Shown one piece after another: positions 59,309-64,000 of a stretch of 64,000 nt of DNA (the first letter of the stretch is position 1; the number at the start of each line of letters is the position of its first letter). This DNA comes from an uncultured delta proteobacterium (GTDB lineage Bacteria; Desulfobacterota; Desulfobacteria; Desulfobacterales; QNYZ01). The stretch spans positions 192,001 through 256,000 of the forward strand of contig CAWJQU010000004.1 in the NCBI GenBank assembly GCA_963845145.1. The letters run 5' to 3'. Both the position numbers and the translations under genes were made by a program. The notes beneath the pieces are model-generated. The model searched no databases. It worked only from the letters and a program-made list of their open reading frames with translations, and had not been told where the DNA came from.

Positions 59309-62300
59309 CTAATCGGTTATTTTCTCCGGCATTTTTGATTCCGCCGTCGCCCAGTGTTCATAGGGTTGCCAGTATAACCGCTTGACCCATTGTTTAAATG
59401 TGGAGAGCCGTTGCCCGGAGGTAACGAAAAAGCTGTAGAGGGCGGGGACTACCACAAGGGTCAGAAACGTGGCGATGAGCAGGCCGAATATCACCACAAT
59501 TGCCATGGAGCGCCAGTATTGGGTTGATTCACTGACCCAGGACATGGCCATGATATGGAAGTCATACGACACGCCCGTTACCATGGGAATTAATCCCAAA
59601 ACCGTGGTGATGGCCGTTAACATGACCGGCCTCAAACGGGTAGCCCCGGCGGCAACCACGGCTTCGGTCAGGGCCATCCCGCGTTGACGCAATTTGTTGG
59701 TATAATCAATCAACACGATGGCATTGTTGACCACGACACCGGCCAGGGAGATGACGCCCACTCCGGACATGATGATGCCGAAGGGAGAACGGAGAACGAC
59801 CAATCCCAAAAACGCCCCTCCCAGGGAGAGGACGACCGAAGTCATAATGATTATGGGTTGAGCCACCGAGTTGAACAACGTCACCAAGATAAAAAAGATG
59901 AGAAAAATGGCTATCAGAAAGGCTTTGGAAAGAAATGCCTCCGATTCTTTTTGGAACTCAAATTCGCCGGTAAATTTAAATCGGTACCCGGGGGGCATGG
60001 GAAAATCGGCCAATAGCGCCTCGCATTGGGCCCGAACCACGGCGCCGGGGGCCTTGGATTCATCGACGTTGGCCTTGATCGTTACCGTTCGTTCGTGGTT
60101 GATGCGGGAGATCTCTCCTAAGTTACCGACATAGGCGATGGTGGCAATGGATGTCAACGGTACCAATTGTCCGGTGGGGGTTGGAATCATCAATTTACGC
60201 AATACATCGGTGACGTTGCGGTCCGCCTCTGCAAGTCGAACCACAATATCGAAATCTTCGTCGCCTTCACGATAGGTAGAGATGTTCAGGCCGTTGTAGG
60301 CCGTTTTCAAGGCAAACCCGATGGCATTGGTGGATAGTTCGAACATGGCCGCGCGTTGCCGGTCGATGCGGACCTGAATGGACGGTAGATCTGCAACGTA
60401 GGTATTGCCGATGTCCTCTACATACGGCACTTTGGCGATAATCATTTCAATCTGGTCGGCCAATTGACCCAATATCCGGAAGTCATCACCGGAGATTTCA
60501 ATATTGATGGGCGGCCCGGTAGGCGGGCCCTCTTCCGCTTCATCTACCGTGATGCGCGCGCCGGCGATATGTTTGACTCGCTCTCGAATCGTTTCAAGAT
60601 CCTGGGCGGATGGATGTTTGCGGTCCTTTAAATCAAGAAACTGAATGCCGATATGGTTGGGCAGATTGGAACCGAAGCTGGCCGCACCGCCTGAGGCCAA
60701 AATGGCCTTGGCGTAAACATGTTCAATATTGTCCAGATCTCCGGGGCCTGAAAATTCTTCTCCGTCGACTTTTCGATGAATGCGTGCGAGGTAAGCCTGT
60801 TGATAATCACTTGAAGTCGCCGCCAGCGGGCCGTTTTTCTCTTCGGCCTGATATCCGATCACGGCCAGCTCTGTCTGGCGCGCAATCCGATCTAAGTATT
60901 CCAGGTCGGCTCCCTCGGGCGGATCAATGTTTACGTAAGCGTTTTTGGGGTCGATGCTGGGAAAAAATTCCACTGGTTTTTCCAGCCCAACAGTCAACAA
61001 CCACACTTGAACCATAAGGATAAGAAAAGCAAAAGAGATCATCACCGTGACGAAACGATGTCGCAGAACCGTTTTCAAAAACCGGGTATACAGGGTCAAC
61101 CAGAGACCTTTAATTTCCACCGGTTTTTCACCGGTTTGAGCCACTGCCGCTGCATTGGTGTTAGGATCGGTACCGCCACCGCCTTTGACTTTGATGAATA
61201 TCGCTGCCAGGGCCGGGTTGATCACCATGGCCACGAACAAGCTGGACGTCAGGGTAATGATGAGCGTAATGGGCAGATAGCTCATAAACTCTCCCATGAT
61301 ACCCGGCCAGAAAACCATGGGAAGAAAAGCAGCCAGGGTGGTAATCGTAGAGCCGATCACCGGCCAGGCGACCTCTCCCGTTGCCCGCATAGCCGCTTCC
61401 AGACGCGGCACGCCCTGTTGTAAATACCGGTAAATATTTTCCACAATAACAATGGCATTGTCCACCAGCATGCCCAGCGCCAGGGTTAGCGAGAAAAGGA
61501 CCACCATGTTCAAGGTGATATTCAGGCTATAGAGGATGATAAATGACAAAAACATGGAGAACGGAATCGCCATGGCCACCAAAAGGGCATTGCGAGGGCC
61601 GAGCACGAAAAACAACACAACGGCCACCAGGATCAGTCCGGAAATAATATTGTTTTCCAGGTCGGCCACCATCCCCCGGATTTCGCGGGCTTGATCCATG
61701 AGTTTGGTGATATCGGTACCGTCGGGCCAACCCGGTTGCCGCTCGGTAATCAATTCATCGATGCGATCGGTGATAAAGATGATATTTTCGCCCACGCGTT
61801 TTTTAACGGAGATTGAGACCGCTTCCCTGCCATCCAGTCTGGATCGACTCGTCTCTTCCTTAAAAGAGTCCACCACTGTGGCCAGGTCTTTTAAATAGAT
61901 CGGACGCCCCTGAAAAGTGCCGACAACCAGCCCGAACAACTCCTCGGGCGTCGTAAATTCACCGGGTACTCGCAATTGATAGCGGCCGTCTCCCAGGGTA
62001 ATGGCCCCGCCGGAGGTGTTTTGGTTCTCGCTGGCAACGACATTTTGGAACCGGGTGATGGGAATTCGGTAATAGGCCAGTTTGTCCGGATCGACTTCCA
62101 GACGGATTTCTCTTTCCAGGCCACCGGTCACCTCAGCTTCCAATACACCGGGAATCGCCTCTATATCATCGGCGAAGTCATCGGCGATTTTTTTCAAACA
62201 AGGATTGCCGCAGGTGCCGCTCAGTGAAAAAACAACAATGGGCAGCTCTGAGATATTCACCTCGAAGACAGCCGGATCGTTTTCCAGGTCGGACGGCAAA

Positions 62301-62653
62301 TCCCCCATGGCCTCGTCCACTTTGTCCTTGACCTTGGTCAGCACCTCGTCGATATCGGTGCCGGGGATAAACTCGATGTTGATCTGGGACAGGCCTTCGG
62401 CACTGACTGAATGGATTTTTTTGACCCGATCGAGGCCTTTCAGTTTCTTTTCGATATGAATGGTAATGGACGTTTCGATATCGGCCGCCGATACGCCCTT
62501 GTAGTCCGTGGAGATGAATACATTCGGAATCGTGATATCCGGAGAGCTCTCCCTGGGAAGCGCCATGTAGCAATAGATGCCGAATAAGATGATCATTAGC
62601 GCGAGAACCACAACGCTGACCCGGTTTTTTACAGCAGCATCGGAAATGATCAT
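59309..62653 (-). CDS. RND efflux transporter permease (AcrB family)
   Basis: LPRESSPDI, GMLVDNAIVIVEN, GVVVNNAIVL, RLRPVMLT. Confidence 0.95.
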   Translation of the reverse strand: MIISDAAVKNRVSVVVLALMIILFGIYCYMALPRESSPDITIPNVFISTDYKGVSAADIETSITIHIEKKLKGLDRVKKIHSVSAEGLSQINIEFIPGTDIDEVLTKVKDKVDEAMGDLPSDLENDPAVFEVNISELPIVVFSLSGTCGNPCLKKIADDFADDIEAIPGVLEAEVTGGLEREIRLEVDPDKLAYYRIPITRFQNVVASENQNTSGGAITLGDGRYQLRVPGEFTTPEELFGLVVGTFQGRPIYLKDLATVVDSFKEETSRSRLDGREAVSISVKKRVGENIIFITDRIDELITERQPGWPDGTDITKLMDQAREIRGMVADLENNIISGLILVAVVLFFVLGPRNALLVAMAIPFSMFLSFIILYSLNITLNMVVLFSLTLALGMLVDNAIVIVENIYRYLQQGVPRLEAAMRATGEVAWPVIGSTITTLAAFLPMVFWPGIMGEFMSYLPITLIITLTSSLFVAMVINPALAAIFIKVKGGGGTDPNTNAAAVAQTGEKPVEIKGLWLTLYTRFLKTVLRHRFVTVMISFAFLILMVQVWLLTVGLEKPVEFFPSIDPKNAYVNIDPPEGADLEYLDRIARQTELAVIGYQAEEKNGPLAATSSDYQQAYLARIHRKVDGEEFSGPGDLDNIEHVYAKAILASGGAASFGSNLPNHIGIQFLDLKDRKHPSAQDLETIRERVKHIAGARITVDEAEEGPPTGPPINIEISGDDFRILGQLADQIEMIIAKVPYVEDIGNTYVADLPSIQVRIDRQRAAMFELSTNAIGFALKTAYNGLNISTYREGDEDFDIVVRLAEADRNVTDVLRKLMIPTPTGQLVPLTSIATIAYVGNLGEISRINHERTVTIKANVDESKAPGAVVRAQCEALLADFPMPPGYRFKFTGEFEFQKESEAFLSKAFLIAIFLIFFILVTLFNSVAQPIIIMTSVVLSLGGAFLGLVVLRSPFGIIMSGVGVISLAGVVVNNAIVLIDYTNKLRQRGMALTEAVVAAGATRLRPVMLTAITTVLGLIPMVTGVSYDFHIMAMSWVSESTQYWRSMAIVVIFGLLIATFLTLVVVPALYSFFVTSGQRLSTFKQWVKRLYWQPYEHWATAESKMPEKITD

Positions 62654-63801
62654 GGGTTGATCTCCCCGGGGTGTTGGACGTTCCGCACAACGTTCACTTT
62701 GTCACCGTCGTGAACATTGCGCTGACCGATCACGATAACCTCATCGCCGGCGGATAAACCGTCAACCACCTGGACCAGCCACCCCTCCTGAATACCTAAC
62801 GTCACCTGACGGACGTGGGCGTGGCCATCCTTAACGACATAAACGATCCGTGTGTCGGAATTGGATGAAGAGGCAAACAATGGGATCGCCAGGGCATTGG
62901 GAATCGTCGCTTTTAGGATATCCGCGCGGACAAACATGTCCGGCAGTATTTCCCCATCTGGATTGTCAACGCGAATGAAAAGATTGTAAAGCCGGGCCAG
63001 GGGATCGGCTGTGCGGGACAAAAAGTGTTTTTGGCCTTTGAATATGCGGTTGTTAAGCGCATCGACGCGAATATTAAACTGGTCGATATGCCTTACCGCA
63101 GCTACATCCGACTCGGGAATTCCCACCTTGATTTTCACCCGGTCCAACTGAAGCACTTCGGCGACCATATCTCCGCTATTTACGAAACGCCCCGGCTCGG
63201 CATCCAGATGGTTGACGATACCGGCGGCCGACGCCCGAATCCGGCACCGCTGGGCATTGAGTTCGGCCGTATCCATGGCTGCTTTCAAGCCGTCTACTTG
63301 CGCTTTGGTGTCGTCGAGCTGGGCCTGGGTGGCTAATTTTTCCTTCTTAAGCCCTTCCAGGCGTTTCATTGTCTTGCGGGCTGCATTATAGTTTGCACGG
63401 GTTTGCGCCAGGAGGTTGTCGTAATCGCGGGGGTCGATCATGGCGATGATCTCACCTTTTTTTACCGTCTGGCCTTCTTCGACCTTTTTGGCCACGATAC
63501 GTCCGCGTACTTCTGCAAGTATGGCCAGTTTAACCCAGGGTTCGACTTCACCAGGAAGACGAATGCGGTCGTGCATCGGTGATGGGTTCAAATTTAGGGT
63601 GACCACATTGACATCGGGCCGCTTTTCTTTCAGGGCCTCTTTTTTTTCTGCCGCAATAACTGCCTGCTCTGACCCTATACGCATCGCCAAAATACCGATG
63701 ACGATGATTAAAAATAGAAAAAAGAGCCAGGGAATGGCACCCCATATCCATCGGCTCCAGCTGTTTTTAGATTGGTTATTGTCCGGTGGTTTGGTTCTCA
63801 T
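62650..63801 (-). CDS. RND efflux periplasmic adaptor (MFP)
   Basis: TM segment, AEVRGRI..VEEGQTVKKG, ILPDMFVR, GLSAGDEVIVIG. Confidence 0.9.
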   Translation of the reverse strand: MRTKPPDNNQSKNSWSRWIWGAIPWLFFLFLIIVIGILAMRIGSEQAVIAAEKKEALKEKRPDVNVVTLNLNPSPMHDRIRLPGEVEPWVKLAILAEVRGRIVAKKVEEGQTVKKGEIIAMIDPRDYDNLLAQTRANYNAARKTMKRLEGLKKEKLATQAQLDDTKAQVDGLKAAMDTAELNAQRCRIRASAAGIVNHLDAEPGRFVNSGDMVAEVLQLDRVKIKVGIPESDVAAVRHIDQFNIRVDALNNRIFKGQKHFLSRTADPLARLYNLFIRVDNPDGEILPDMFVRADILKATIPNALAIPLFASSSNSDTRIVYVVKDGHAHVRQVTLGIQEGWLVQVVDGLSAGDEVIVIGQRNVHDGDKVNVVRNVQHPGEINP

Positions 63802-64000
63802 CCATTTCACTCCTTGGGCCACGAATTGGAACACTCATTCGGCTGGGAGCCCGCTCGCCGGCGGGCAGATTAAGACGGTGTTCAACGTTTTTAAGCAATT
63901 TTCCCGTACTTTGTTCGATCTTGAGCAGGGCCAACTGGCCGTCAAAAATCGCCTCGGCCAGTCTGCGCTGGGCGGTAACCAACAGGGTGTTGGCGTCTAC
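63776..64000 (-). CDS. TolC family outer-membrane protein, C-terminal fragment at the window edge
   Basis: VDANTLLVTAQRRLAEA..EQSTG; lies upstream of MFP-RND. Confidence 0.7.
   Translation of the reverse strand, partial: VDANTLLVTAQRRLAEAIFDGQLALLKIEQSTGKLLKNVEHRLNLPAGERAPSRMSVPIRGPRSEMDENQTTGQ

Noticed and set aside
1..64000. CRISPR array, tRNA, rRNA or selenoprotein genes
   Set aside because: I found no regularly spaced repeats or RNA gene signatures by eye. The redox genes examined have Cys codons, not in-frame TGA.

Overview
This looks like chromosomal DNA from a sulfate-reducing deltaproteobacterium, probably Desulfobacterales-like (inferred from gene content). 1-4.1 kb: end of an iron/cobalamin ABC uptake operon with exbB-exbD-tonB, then two tandem glutaredoxins and a ferredoxin:thioredoxin reductase subunit. 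About 4.2-17.7 kb: a decaying chromosomal integron. It has a 35-codon stub of an intI integrase gene facing away from a lower-GC cassette array with about 10 intact, mutated or collapsed attC sites, toxin-antitoxin genes and several deletion-truncated genes. Two copies of a class-E-like group II intron sit at the same position (CCGTTA|) in the R' box of two different attC sites, in cassette orientation. The longer copy carries the exact complement (TAACGG) in its EBS1 loop, which suggests an attC-targeting intron unlike the known IIC-attC type; this is the top finding. 18.5-26 kb: serC, trpB2 and a short serA with no serB in the window, next to a V4R-PAS-PAS-LuxR regulator (possible phosphoserine-dependent indole salvage). 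26-32 kb: nqrA-F, with an NqrA that keeps two RnfC-like [4Fe-4S] motifs. 32-38 kb: citrate synthase, a PerR-like regulator, a DVU0772-family gene and an AsmA-like gene. 38.5-49.6 kb: a sigma54 activator with an OrpR-type C-X8-C-X3-C motif, a -24/-12 promoter and a large oxygen-defence cluster (rbr, dfx, rubredoxins, flavodoxin, cydAB, triheme cytochrome, flavoprotein-ArsC fusion, fprA/roo). 50-64 kb: a peptide ABC transporter with a frameshifted binding protein, MITE-like repeats, an IS5 transposase N-terminal ORF, two Slp lipoproteins and an RND efflux system. I recognised no rRNA, tRNA or CRISPR array. All calls come from reading motifs by eye; no database searches were run.
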